A stretch of DNA of 57,300 bases, counting the filler, from Sphacelaria rigidula (lineage: Eukaryota), in the NCBI GenBank assembly GCA_964200075.2. It is 4 parts of 4 records of this genome, joined end to end, with 100 filler letters (N's around TTAATTAATTAA, not from the genome) between each part and the next. Parts side by side here need not be neighbours in the genome. Positions count along the whole stretch, not along the records: positions 1 to 14,251 come from CAXNAA020002356.1; positions 14,352 to 28,601 come from CAXNAA020002357.1; 2 more parts are not named here. One strand, written 5' to 3'. Position 1 is the stretch's first letter. Each line of letters begins with the position of its first letter. Below, one piece after another: positions 13,150-25,232 of this stretch. The notes below the pieces were generated by a model, which ran no database searches, was not told the DNA's origin, and saw only the letters and a program-made list of their open reading frames with translations. Made by a program: the position numbers and the translations under genes.

Positions 13150-13508
13150 GCATCTTTGTGCCACCGCTTTGCGGCCACGGGCGCTACGAGTAAAATTGTG
13201 GAACATGACTAGCGTGAGAAACAACAATAGTAATGACCATTGTGACGCGCTACACTCGTTGTAGGTTTTTTTTTTTTTTTTTGGGGGGGGGGCTGACGGA
13301 TTACGTACTACTGTACAGTGAAAAAAAAGGCCCATTGAACGACTTGTCTCTTCAGAGCGCGGGGCGTTTTTGGAGTATGTTTCTGACAGGTGTACCGGTT
13401 TCGGAAGCGTTTCATTTTGTTCTTGGGGGCAGTATCTGTAGAAGTATGGGTATCGTCGCTACAGCAGTTAACACGAGATGTTACAAATCGAGGATGGATA
13501 TTCGGGGA

Positions 13509-13971
13509 GAGGATGAACCTTGCTTGGGAACATTCATAAGCATCGGAATATTTTCGAAAACAAAATGCAAATGCACTCTCCGGCCGTGGTGTGTGACCTC
13601 GCTCATCCTCAAAAAATGATCCATCTGCCATTTGTAAAGCCCCCGTGTTTATACCGAACAGTTCTAACCTCCGGTCATTCCCGTACAAAAAAGTGTTCTT
13701 ACTTGCCAGAATCCCCTCGTTAACACGGTATCTCACAAGTTTCAGATGGGTTTTTTGTTTCCTTTGGGGATGGACGAGGCCACACATCACGGCCGGACAG
13801 TGCATTTGCACTTGCATCTCATTTTCGAGAATATTTTGATGCTCGTTAACCCTTGGACCGCGAGGTAAGTCTTCTGCTGAATCGGCAGCAATTTCAAGTG
13901 AAAAAAAGTATGCATGATCCAGAAAGACTAATCTCGCGGTCTAAGGGTTAAGGCTCCCAAGGTTCATCCTC
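13509..13971. mobile_element. MITE with long imperfect inverted arms, right arm interrupted by a piggyBac MITE
   Basis: Ends GAGGATGAACCTTG / CAAGGTTCATCCTC. Internal inverted pairs such as TGCAAATGCACT.TCCGGCCGTG.TGTGTG.CCTCG versus CGAGGCCACACATCACGGCCGGACAGTGCATTTGCA. Confidence 0.75.
13850..13947. mobile_element. piggyBac-type MITE (98 bp)
   Basis: TTAA|CCCTTGGACCGCGAG...CTCGCGGTCTAAGGG|TTAA: 15-bp TIR with one mismatch and a TTAA TSD. Confidence 0.9.
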
Positions 13972-14156
13972 CATTTAAAAAAAATCTCATTTTTTTCAAA
14001 TACCGTGTTAGCTGCAGTTTCGCGAGGTTGAGCAGGATGCACAAACGCTGCTTTGTGTCGCGTGTCGAGTCAGCGCGTAGTGACATATTCTTTTGCTAAC
14101 AAACCTCCTCAGTCGATGACACACGTACCGCCCAGGTACGACACGTTCTACGGTAG

Positions 14157-14189
<33 letters not shown>

Positions 14190-14251
14190 CCCGCCGCCGG
14201 CGCCCCCGCGCGGCGGCCGCGCCCCGCAGCCGCGCAAAGCCAAACAACACG

Positions 14252-14351
14252 NNNNNNNNNNNNNNNNNNNNNNNNNNNNNNNNNNNNNNNNNNNNTTAAT
14301 TAATTAANNNNNNNNNNNNNNNNNNNNNNNNNNNNNNNNNNNNNNNNNNNN
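14252..14351. other. Artificial contig-joining spacer (44 N + TTAATTAATTAA + 44 N)
   Basis: The palindromic 12-mer gives stops in all six frames. An identical spacer occurs three times, separating segments of descending length. Confidence 0.98.
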
Positions 14352-14999
14352 CCGGGTTCTCATCCTCAATCAAAAGCACCATCCTCAACATAGATGATTG
14401 GCTGTTTGAAGGACAAAACACAGTAACAACGCACAGTGCCTGTGTCGTGTATAACAATCCCTGGGTCTTTTCTTATCAAACCGTCCCAAATAAGAGCATG
14501 CTTGGCAGATCGATGCATAAATGACTGGAAAGGGCGACTAAACGTGAATGAAACCAAACGTGTGAGGCAATCAAGAAGTTTGTCACCTGGTAAGTCGACG
14601 TATGAGTACCAGATAGCCCTGTTTTTTTGCGCTTGTATCGTTACGTACGCCAGCGTACAGGGGGAGGTGACGCCACAACATCAGCTTCCGCTGCAGACGA
14701 CAGGTAGTTATACTTGTGGCTATACTGCAAGAAAAATAAACCGTGAGTCATCTACCGTCCAACACAACGTGGGCACACGCTACTGTTACGCCATCAACTA
14801 CTGCTCAACATGCCGCCTCGGACACCCCCAAGTTGTGCGTCCTGGCTCAGTATCGCCGGTGGTGCTGCACCACTTTCCCGTCTCCACGGGAGCCTTTGGG
14901 GGCATATCCCCCCCGTCCGAACGAAGCTGAGGAGGGATCCTTCCCCGTTCCCGGGGGAAAATATGTATTCGACAGTAATATTTGAATTCGATCGTGAAC

Positions 15000-17900
15000 A
15001 ACTTTGACGTCACCGTCCTTCTACAGGAAATCGTCGCAAGCGTAGGCGATTGCGAACCCGTCTCCGTCATTCTGAGTGCGCTCGTTGGCGTCCAAGCTTC
15101 GGGCCAGAGGAAGTTCTCCGTCGTCCAGAGATTCGTCGTGGTCGGCTTCCCACCGTCCTGCCACAACCGCTTTCTATACCCCGACGTCCGTGTTGGGTAC
15201 GATCTTGTCGATGACCTGCCGTTTAACATCTGCGAAACCACCCTTCAGCGTCACAACAACGCTGCAGTCAGAGTTGTCCGACGCCGACAGAGAGTACCAA
15301 CGAGGAGGATTCACGACAGTTTGCGACGAGGCGTACCTTCATGAAGAGGGCAGAGTTTTGGGAGCCACGGCGGCCTGGTGCATGTCATGATGCTCGTTTC
15401 CGAGACCATGCGTTCAGCGTTGAGATGGATTCAGAAAAGATTGTCATCGCCGCGTGCAATACTCTTGTTGACCCGATTATCTCCTATAGAGGTCGACGGC
15501 GATCAGATTATATTATGAGACCTAGTTCCCGGAACCCACCTTCTTCATCATCCAATCTGTTCCTTCCCTCCGGGGAAGGATGCGCCCACGTAATTTATCT
15601 TTGGTGTCAGCCGACTCTACATGCAACACACGGCACGAGACATGAATACTGCCGCAACATAAACCCGCGATGGCTCCCCCCCTCCCCCCAGGAGAGCACC
15701 AAAACTGGCACGAGGAAATGGTCATACTACGCATTAAGATAACGGGTGATTTCACAATCTAGGTCGTGGAATATATTATCAAGAATACAGATCGCTGATT
15801 TAAGAAACCATCTCTCTCCCCAGTTTCACGTGAGGATTTGAAAACCATAGCTGGTCCCATCAACCGTTTCTTCTAGCGTATGGTGAATGAATTAGACATA
15901 GCTGATTTCAGAAATCAGCACTCCCCGTCTCACGTGTGTCATTCGTTTCCCATTATACTCTTCGCGGGGAGATACGGCGACCCCATGCGCAATCATCGTC
16001 TGTATGCTCACCATGAAGGGGGTGCGGTGGGAGTCAGAGGATCAGAGGCGCTGACGGAGGTATGCGTACCGGTGCTGACGCGGATTTTGCCGCAGTGTAC
16101 CGCCGTCCTGGCTTCCGCGGGTTGCGAATCAGAGCTCCACCAACTCATTCGTCACCTCATGGGCTCAATCATCTGAATCTCCGGTGGGCAACAACGAGCC
16201 ATCCGAAGAATCGACTCCACTTTCATCCGTGTAAAGGGCGTGGTCAGGGTTTCGGACGACATCGTGCCGTCATCTCCACGCTCGTTGCTCTTGCGCACCT
16301 TTGCCGTGCGAGGGTTTCCGCTTCCGCTATCGTCGCCGGCGTTGTTGTCGCGGATGGCCTCGCTCGTGCCTCCTATGTTACCGCTGACCCCGTCTATGCC
16401 TCGCCTGCGGTCGTCGCTCGTGCGCTTCATGCCTGAGTCTGCACGGTCGCGACCTCCTCCGCCGACACCCCCGCTACTGAGGGGGCCTTCAACGCCCTCC
16501 ACCCGATATTTTCTCGCCCCTTCGCTCCGCCGTCGTGACTGTCACAGCTGTTGTCCCGGATGCCGTCGCCTGTGCTACTAACTCCGCCGTCGCCGACACC
16601 GGAGGGATGCAAGAGTTGAGCGGGCGCAGATGCAGAGGCGTTGCTGGATCTGCACTCGTTGCTGCGGTCGGTAGGGAAGGGGGGCGACTCGCTGTGTGAG
16701 TCTCTCGTCTTATTCTTGCCTTTTTGTCGACTGTCGTTCGCCGTAGACGGGTTCCTGTCAGCAAATTTATCAATATCGAGTTTGAGATCCGCACCTGATC
16801 GTTTAAAATAATCATCGCACATAGCTCTTGAAAAGTATACGTGAGCAGCCACTTGCTTGTGTGCTGTGAATGCAACGGTGGGAAGCACAGGTCGCTTCCG
16901 CCATGGGATACAGATTTTGACGCCAGGTTTTTGACCGCCAGGCAATGGTTCCATCTGGATATACGTCCACCAGCTGCACCCAACCCAAATTTTCTTCACC
17001 CGGACGATAAAAGCATGGAACTAAGTAGCAGAAAAATGCACGCCACATGTCGAGGGCTTATGGTCGTGGGTATGCATTATTTTCGCCAAGAAGTATTTTT
17101 GTCCTTCATGATATTGATGCGCAGGTACCCATGAATTGCGCTCAAGAGTATCTCAAGTTCCTCACAGTACGGGAGGGGGGTCGGTATGATCATTGGGACG
17201 CCGTCGTCTTCGGCGCCGTGGAAAGTCACGAGGTATGTGTCGAGGGTAACGAACATCTGCACCAACCGAAGAGAGGCAAGATGCTGGAGGGTGAATTCGT
17301 AGGTCACACGCTAATCAATCATACGTTGTGCTTGTGAACCTCCTACTGATGGAGCTAGTCAGCAGAGTGGGCTCATAGCTAGCTTCATCGATCAGCCACA
17401 GGACTGAAGGTCTTCGAGTGATGCCACGGTGCGGGTGCACTTTTCAGTCCAAAACCTTTCCAAGGCCGCATACTAAGGCCCAGATATTTGTCATCGAGAG
17501 GCTCCTACAACAAAGAGTCCCCGAAAAAAAAAATTCCACTCCTACCGTGGCATTGCTCTTCAGCAGCCGTTGACAGATGTAGTGAGCCGTGCGTTCTTGC
17601 TACCATGAGCGGACATGTTTGTGTCGAAAATTCATGTACGGTTCGGCGTTTTGCTCTTACTCGCGCGTGTCTTCGATACGTAGAAGTCGCGACCCCAAAC
17701 GGTATTTTTCGTAGATATGCTTGGTCAGCTCAGCGCGTTTGGCAACAGCTCTGTCGGCCGTGCATGTGGGTTTATCTTCGGTGCTCACGTCCGACGAACC
17801 AACGGGTATCGTGTCTGCGATTTACCTCCTTTTCATGGCAGACGAGAAGAAGCCCCCGTCCCCCACCGACTTGTGGGCCGGATTGTCGCTGGTGACGAGC

Positions 17901-19900
17901 TCCACGAAGCTCGAAGCATCTCCGCCTTTCAGGTGTTCGGTCACCACCCTGAAATCGGCGCATACTTCTGTCGCATCTGAGGCTTCGTGAGGGGCGTGAA
18001 GCAAATCCAAGATTGCGAAAACCATCACGAGCTTCTGCTGCATGTCGATTTTGAAGTCGACGGTTTGCTTCACTTTGAGCGTAAGCCGGAGGAAGGACGT
18101 CGACTATTCAATTCAAACAGCAGTTGCTTCGGTGATGAAACTCGGGGTGGACATCGATTTGTGCATGGAGTATCCGCCCGAAGCCTCCAAGAGATGCAAC
18201 GGAAGCTGTCCGCCTAGCAACAACCCAGACGCCACCGCTGACAGGTGTGTCGACAGAAGGAGTATCTTCCCTATGATTCGACGCATCCATAAAATCGGTA
18301 TAAGTAGCACAGTTTTGAACCTCGGGTGATGCCGCGGTAGACCGCCCCTAGAAGAGTTCATGGGAACTGAAGCGCAACATACATAACTTGTGTGTAGACC
18401 TGGTCTCTGCAAGCAGCCATCTGCATTCTTCATAGTGAAATGGAAGGCCTTGTCGTAGAAATCATTTCATCTCGGTCATCAAATCGATTCACTGTACGAG
18501 AACGGCCAGCCATTCGAGACAGTGTTCGCGACCCGTTTTATTTTTTTGGTGGGGTTATGATCCAGGGCGCCAAGGTGAACGAAATATACACGCTTGGTCC
18601 ATCCCATGGATATCAACTGCCACTACAGCCGCTCCGGTCCTGGCTCGGCGGAGTATACTCCAGTAAACAACAGTCCGTACGTGGATTTTTACTAAGCGGT
18701 TATTCGGTTCTTCGCCCTTCTGGAAAACATACAATCTCAATTATGCGAAGAGGTAGTTCCGTGCACTCCAACCGTTACACATATCTACAGTCACTTGTTC
18801 TCTACTGTGATCTCCGACACGAAGGAGGCACGTGTTTTATCTAGTGGTTACGGTCGACAGCCCTGATGCACGGAGTGACTCCAACTCGTGTACACTCACA
18901 AACTCATCGACGGTGATGATGGTGTCACACTGAGACGCGCGGCACCTTTCCCGGGTCCATATCCAGCCTAGTTTGTTCACTGTGGAGAGGATTGATCTTC
19001 ATCGACCTATCCTGAGCTTCGGTCAAGGTTGAAGAGCTCGACCCATTCAGAGCAGCTCGGAACGTGCGTTAGTACGCGACGTTCACCCAGTCTAGGGGGT
19101 CACCAGCATCGCCCTTATGTCCTCCTTCCCCATCCCCTGACTAGCAATGAGCGAATGTAGATGGGCGTCGCGCAAGCTGCGCATGCCCACCCCCAACAGG
19201 GAGGCGAAGGTGCGCAGGTTGCTAACCGAGGACGCCGGAAGACTCCGCGGGACACACGCAATCTCGCCAATGGTCAGCACAGTCGGCAACATACGGGAGA
19301 CACTGAACACCGTACGTTACATATACACTCCAGTAACTACTCGTGTTCGAACATTATCGAGGCCAGACGACGTGCCAGCGGTCACGGAAAGGTATTCGAG
19401 ACCGGAAGTAGTCAGGTCAATACGGCCCGATAATTGTGAACGATCGTGGGACGCAGTTGCCTCGTACAGTCCACAATCTTATGGCGCCCACCGGCCTGGT
19501 GCCCCCCGCCTCCTCATGAGCGAATCGCTGGCAGAGGATATCTGTCAGTGGCCATTTCTGATCGCGGAGAGTCACGGCATAATATGCCAACGTGACGTAG
19601 TAGTGCATCCTGGGCGCTACCGTTTGGAGAGGTTCTCCGCCCGGGTGTGTGTGCACGTACTTCGAGAGATGTTGTGAGATGTAACTGCTGAGACTGCGTC
19701 AAATCGCGGTTGCCTCCCCCTTGCGCGTCTTCGACCCCCTGAGATCGGCCGCAGCTTCTCTTTCCACCTGGTGCCTTTCAGCGTGATATCGAGTTGGGTC
19801 AGCGTGGTCACTTCTGCGCTCATGCAGGCCTGCCGAATTATTGGCACCAGAATCCCAATCGCGGATCTCATGCCAGGTTTCTGCTACGAGCGACGAGGGA
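15000..19900 (-). pseudogene. Decayed long intronless coding-like region of unknown identity
   Basis: Minus-strand protein-like fragments are chained through isolated stops and frameshifts (e.g. a frame runs from ~18090 to ~17080 with scattered stops). A G/S/D-rich linker lies at ~16150-16750. No domain recognised. Confidence 0.4.
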
Positions 19901-20905
19901 GGATGACATGTACGCTTAAGAACGAGACGCCTTCTCTAAATGTCTTGCTCTACCCGTAAGCTGGTAAGCATATCGGAAGGCACACAGAGTACGAAGGAGC
20001 GATGGTCGTTTGACATGCTTGTGGACGCCGCAATGACTCGGCTTCGGATCGTCGGGAATCAATGGCAGAAATTAAAGGGAAAAAAACTATCAATTTTTCA
20101 AACAGATTTAGCAGGCTCCATGTACATGTTTTCTGTTTCATTTTTCAACACGATGTACGAATGTCTTCAGCCTCAGCACCAAAACTAAACGTTTGGTGCG
20201 CCAACGACATGGCAAGGTAAACTATTATATTTTCATACATCACATATGGTGCAGGAATTACACAGCACAAAATCAAAAGCAACTGTCTTCCTTGCCCAAT
20301 GACGACTTCACAGGATGAGATCATGACCCAACTCTCAAACAATCATAAAGAAGCCACCGAACTTCGCACTTATATTTTCTCGGGGTCATGTTCCAGCATC
20401 AAACACCAGAAAATGATACATCCATAATCGAAACCTCAAGGACACATGATCGCGCACACCGGTAGTGGAGTGCATCATTACACGATAAGGACCCAACAGC
20501 AGCAGACCTTGTTCCCCAACATGCACACGATATGATCGACTGATTGATTGAACGAATAATTGTCGCACATGAACTGGTCCCTTATGAGTCATAATCCAGC
20601 CGTGGTTATTATCCACAAGATAGACGTACGTACCCGAAGTAAACAAAACGGAAACACTCGCTGAAGGAAAGTGAACAAAACAAAAAGAAGGCGGAACAGA
20701 CACAAAGAGTAGACAGACATAAACAAAGACAAGCACAAACACAAACAAAGAATGAACCAAGGCTAGATTCGGCTGGCCTGTGCAACGCGGCGCCAAGTGG
20801 AAATTGGCTTGCGCAACAGCACACGCGTTCATACCCAATCGAGAAAAAAGCAATCAGAAAGCCGTGCGGACAGATTGCGGCTCATTCATTTGGGTCACAC
20901 CAAGC

Positions 20906-21317
20906 AGATTGTCTTCGAAAATTGGTCCGGACATTGAAACTAATTTCAACTTCGCAACAATCATTTCCCTGGCATAAACGCCATGGAAAATTAGTTTCAT
21001 ATGGCCGACCTCATGCCACCCGACGTCCCTGAAACTATTTTGGGGGGTTTCCCGTCTTCCGTCCCCCCACAGGGTACGTGCAAAAGCACCACTTCAGGCT
21101 GAAATCGTCCTTTTTTTCACCCCGAGATCGAGCCAATAAGGTGTTTTCGCATCCTCTGGTGGAAGGGAAGACGGGTAACCCTCAAAAACATTTTCAGGGA
21201 GGTCGGGACATGAGGTCGTTCATATGAACCTCATTTATCATGGCTTTAGGTAAGGAAAAATACTGTTTTGGAGTTGAACCTCATTTTAATGTTCAACCTC
21301 ATCCTCGAGGATAATCT
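20906..21317. mobile_element. Old foldback/MITE with ~155-180-bp diverged inverted arms
   Basis: ...CATATGGCCGACCTCATG..CCCGACGTCCCTGAAA...CCCGTCTTCC (to 21060) versus GGAAGACGGG...TTTCAGGGAGGTCGGGACATGAGGTCGTTCATATG (from ~21166). Confidence 0.75.
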
Positions 21318-23372
21318 CTTACTAATTTGGGTATGAGCTGTCGCCCATGAACCACACGGAAGCGAGGCACCAAACTGCGACTTGAACACACGAGGAAGAA
21401 AGGACACATATATGGAGAGGGGGATGGGCAAGAGAAAGAGTGATCAGAAAAAGACTGAGACTTCACAAATGATTAAGCCTAAGGACACCGTACGATACAG
21501 CAAATACAAACACACGAACCAGAACACGAAATTAGAAACAAAAAATCGTATATCAAAGTGTTCGCCAAAACGGAGCCCCGCTGGAGCAGAGGTCAAACGA
21601 GGCGGGAACACCTGCAGTGCCTTCATGCCCCCGTGACGTACCTGCACTAGGGATACATGGCGTATCGAAACCCGTCTCTATCAGTTTTGAAAAACAGCAC
21701 GCGAACCCTCATCATCTCCGGCAATAAGTTACGTGCGAACATGTCACGTCAGCGACAATAAGGCAGGCGCACAAGGTCAATTCGTTGGACGCATATGGCA
21801 TGACTCAGTTGTCGTCGTGCACGAACGCAAGTCCGACACTGCCAAGTGCTCGTCACCTCGATTCACCTAGCTCCATTTACACCAATGTTTTTAGCTTCTC
21901 GAAACTTATCGGGGTCCGGCAAACTGTTGGGGCCTGAGTTATCGTCGCCCGTTGAATTTGCTGCAAATCGGGTAGTGCGGGCCACATGAACACGAAAATG
22001 TGGCAAAATGACGGTCGGTGCCTCAACCCACCACGTTGCGAATATAGGAGGTTATTGTCTTGTCTATCTTTACAACGAAGCACACGCCATGCACGCACGG
22101 GGGAGGCCTTCGACCCGTAGAGTTCCAATAACGGCACTGTTGGAAGCATGGTTTGTGCCCTGTTATTTGAGCCCATTCTCTGCCTTGTTGTTTTTATACG
22201 GAGTTATATATTCAGCACCTTTTCCTTCCTTGGGGAGCATTTTTTTTTTCCATCTTTTTGACGTTTTGCGACCCTTTTCTGCGAGGCCAGGCCCTACCCC
22301 CCTGTCAGAACCATTATTGTCGACGCCCAAAATACAAGGCAGCAGCGACATATGTGAATATCGCGGCGAAACGGAGGAGGCCGAGTTGGTTTCAGGGGGC
22401 ACGCCGGCCTGCCTACCTGCCTGTCTGAGGATAGCACACCGCACACCACACCATCAACCACCATGTAGGAACAGGGGTGCGGCTGACGGGTGCGTCAACA
22501 CGTTTTGGATCCCGAAACAAATTTCGTGCGCTAGAAAATAAATTTAGAGACGGAAAACATATTTATACTGGGGGTCGAAACAACATAATTAGGGCGCCCG
22601 GGGAAAAAATGATTGATTTCAAAGGCCTTGTTTTTAGGGGCCCGAAAACATCAAGAAAAAAAGCGTGAGGCGCTAAGGGCTGCCATCACACCTGCGTTAT
22701 ATTCCACCGAAAATATTCATGGACCATGTAGCACGGGGACACGCCCCCACCGACGATAACCAGTTAACAACAGCGAGCACAAGCACGCGCATATCGACGA
22801 CAGTGGGGCGCCTAATGAAAACCCCAATGAATAACGTTGTGAGACCGCTTCTTAGGGTTCGTTTTTTTGCTTTTTCGGGAGGGGGGGGCGATCTCATTTG
22901 TTGCTTGCCTTAGTCGTTTGACTATTGACCACGCATCCCTTTCGAGACGGAGCACCGTTCCTCCGTTCCTACTCCTAATAGAGACAACTCCAACATTCCG
23001 GCGCTCATTACCTTTCTTTCATACATTGCACAAAAACCTTTTACATATCTTATCCCCATCCTGTTTCGCCGTCTCTGGCCAACATCCATCTCCTAGTGTA
23101 GCCATCGTTTTCCCGCTACTGTCTAATGCATCAAACGATTTCATGCCACCTTCGTTCACGTCCCGCATTTCCCCCTCTAGCACGTCCCGTTCCTCCTTGT
23201 ATAGTTTACACCACTATATGACTTCTGCTCTCCATTGCTTTGCCACAGAGACAATTTTGTGCATCTACAATACTTCCTCATCCACACGACTACTGGTGTA
23301 TCTCTTTCTTCTTTCTGGCAGGTCCAGATCCCCCACCCGAAATCACAGTTTCAATTTTTTCGCAACGTCCAT

Positions 23373-23622
23373 GACACTTTCTACGATAGCCCCCCCCCCC
23401 CAGAAGTGCATGGTTTTGGGAGGCAAAATCTTCATGTAAATCGAAATGGCAAAAGCCGAGCACAATGAGAAGCTGGGAATTCCCACGCTTGGGTTCGTTC
23501 TAGACAATGTCGCCAATATGAAACGCTTCATGTAGCTCGAAGCCGAACATCAGCCGCTGTATGGCCATTTTTTTCGTGACACTTTTAGCTGGTTTTGGGG
23601 GGGGACTATCGTGGAAAGTGTC
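23373..23622. mobile_element. 250-bp MITE inserted in the LINE
   Basis: TIR GACACTTTCTACGATAGCCCC / GGGGACTATCGTGGAAAGTGTC; flanking duplication CCAT. Removing it restores the LINE frame ...HGPM-DVAKKLKL. Confidence 0.88.
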
Positions 23623-24422
23623 CCATGGGGCCATGCAAATATGTTTTCATTCCAATCCCTTCTCTCAACCCCCCGTATATCTCCAGGTGTTCTTCCTCGC
23701 CTACCTTGCGTCTGAGCGCTCCTTCTCCCCTTATTTCTATCATGTCTCTTATTTTGTACCCCGCGCCTTCACCTACGTACAGTATTTCGTCTCGGTTTCC
23801 TTCTATTTCCTTCCATACTCTCTCGACTTCTTTATCCCATCTTATAGCATGCCCTTTGGTACTTTTTCTTTCATACAGCCTTATCAAGTATAGTTGACAA
23901 TCTCTTTCTCTGCATGCTATTCAAGCTAGCTTGTCATCATAATTTTTTAGTGTCTCTGTTTGTTTTGAGTGAGTACATTCCCAACTCTGCTCTCAGTATC
24001 GTATTACTCGTCGTTTTCGAACATCCCAGTATTTTCTTGGCTGCTGCCATCTATACTGTTTCCAACTTCTTCACCAACTTCACGTTCCCTTCCCATACTT
24101 CTGCATATTCCAGCTTTGGTACGATCACGTTCCTCGGGATACATCTCTAATCCTAGTGTCTAGGTGTGAGTCTCTGAGGATCACGTCCATCCTTTTTATC
24201 TGCTGTGCCTTACCCTTTTCTCTCACTTGGTTTATGTGAGCACCCCAACAACAGTGTTTCGATATCTCTACACCAAGGTATGCATACTGGTCTACGAGTG
24301 GAAGTTCCTCTTCTCCCCGCTTCCGTTTGAACTCTATCGGAGTTTTCCTATCTTCGTTACAGACGAATACCGCGCATTTGTTAACGTTCGCTGTCACTCC
24401 ATTTCCTAGTGTATTCTAGCGC

Positions 24423-25232
24423 CTAGTCTATCTGTTTCTGTAATCCTTCTGCTATTCCTGAAATCCTCACAAAATCATCTGCGAACATCAACCCTGATAC
24501 TATATCTTTACCCACCTTGACTCCTGGATTTGCTACTTCCATTGCCATCATCAGGTCATTAATAAACACCTTGAATAAAGTGGGTGATAACGTATATCCT
24601 TGTGCAATTCCCTGTAAGATATCAAAATATTCAGATATTTCCCCGTCTAGCATCATGGCAATTTTGGCACTTTCTGTCATCTTCTTCCACCATTCTCCAC
24701 ATCTTTCCTCTGATCCCAGTTTCCCACAACGTTTCCACGGCTCATTTCTCCATACTGTATCGTACGCCTTTTGCACGTTCATCAAGAAACAGTGCGTTGT
24801 CAACCCGGTGTCTTTCCTACCCGGAATAATCTTACTGAGTGTGTACACATGGTCTGCGCAACTACGGTTTGGTCTTAATCCTGCTTGCCCCTCGCTAATT
24901 TTCTCTTCTGTCTCTAGCATCGTTCCTACTCCATCATTCAGAATCTCACAGAATGATTTCCCTTCCGTGCTCAGTAGCGTTATCCCTCTATAGTTCCCTG
25001 GGTCAGCCCTGTCTCCTTTTTCGAAAAGGCTGACGACTACGCCTTCTCTCCACCTCTGGGGTGTGTACTCGTTTTCCCATATCCAGTTATACAACATAAC
25101 CATAATGGTAATCATTCCCTCTCTCCCGTACTTTAGAAATTCATTAACTACATCGTCTGCCCCTACTACCTTTCTGTTCTTCATATTAGCTACGCACTCC
25201 TTTACTTCGTCTCTGCTTAATTCTCTCTGCAA
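24423..25232 (-). pseudogene. LINE reverse transcriptase domain (disrupted)
   Basis: RT motifs NYRGITLLS, QAGLRPNRSCADH, VQKAYDTV, QGYTLSPTLF and FADD. A premature stop follows GLQKQID. Confidence 0.93.

Noticed and set aside
13150..13193. GHGRYE peptide as the missing TXNDC9 exon 3
   Set aside because: It directly follows a SINE poly(A) tail, has no pyrimidine-tract acceptor in the right frame, and is followed by a stop.
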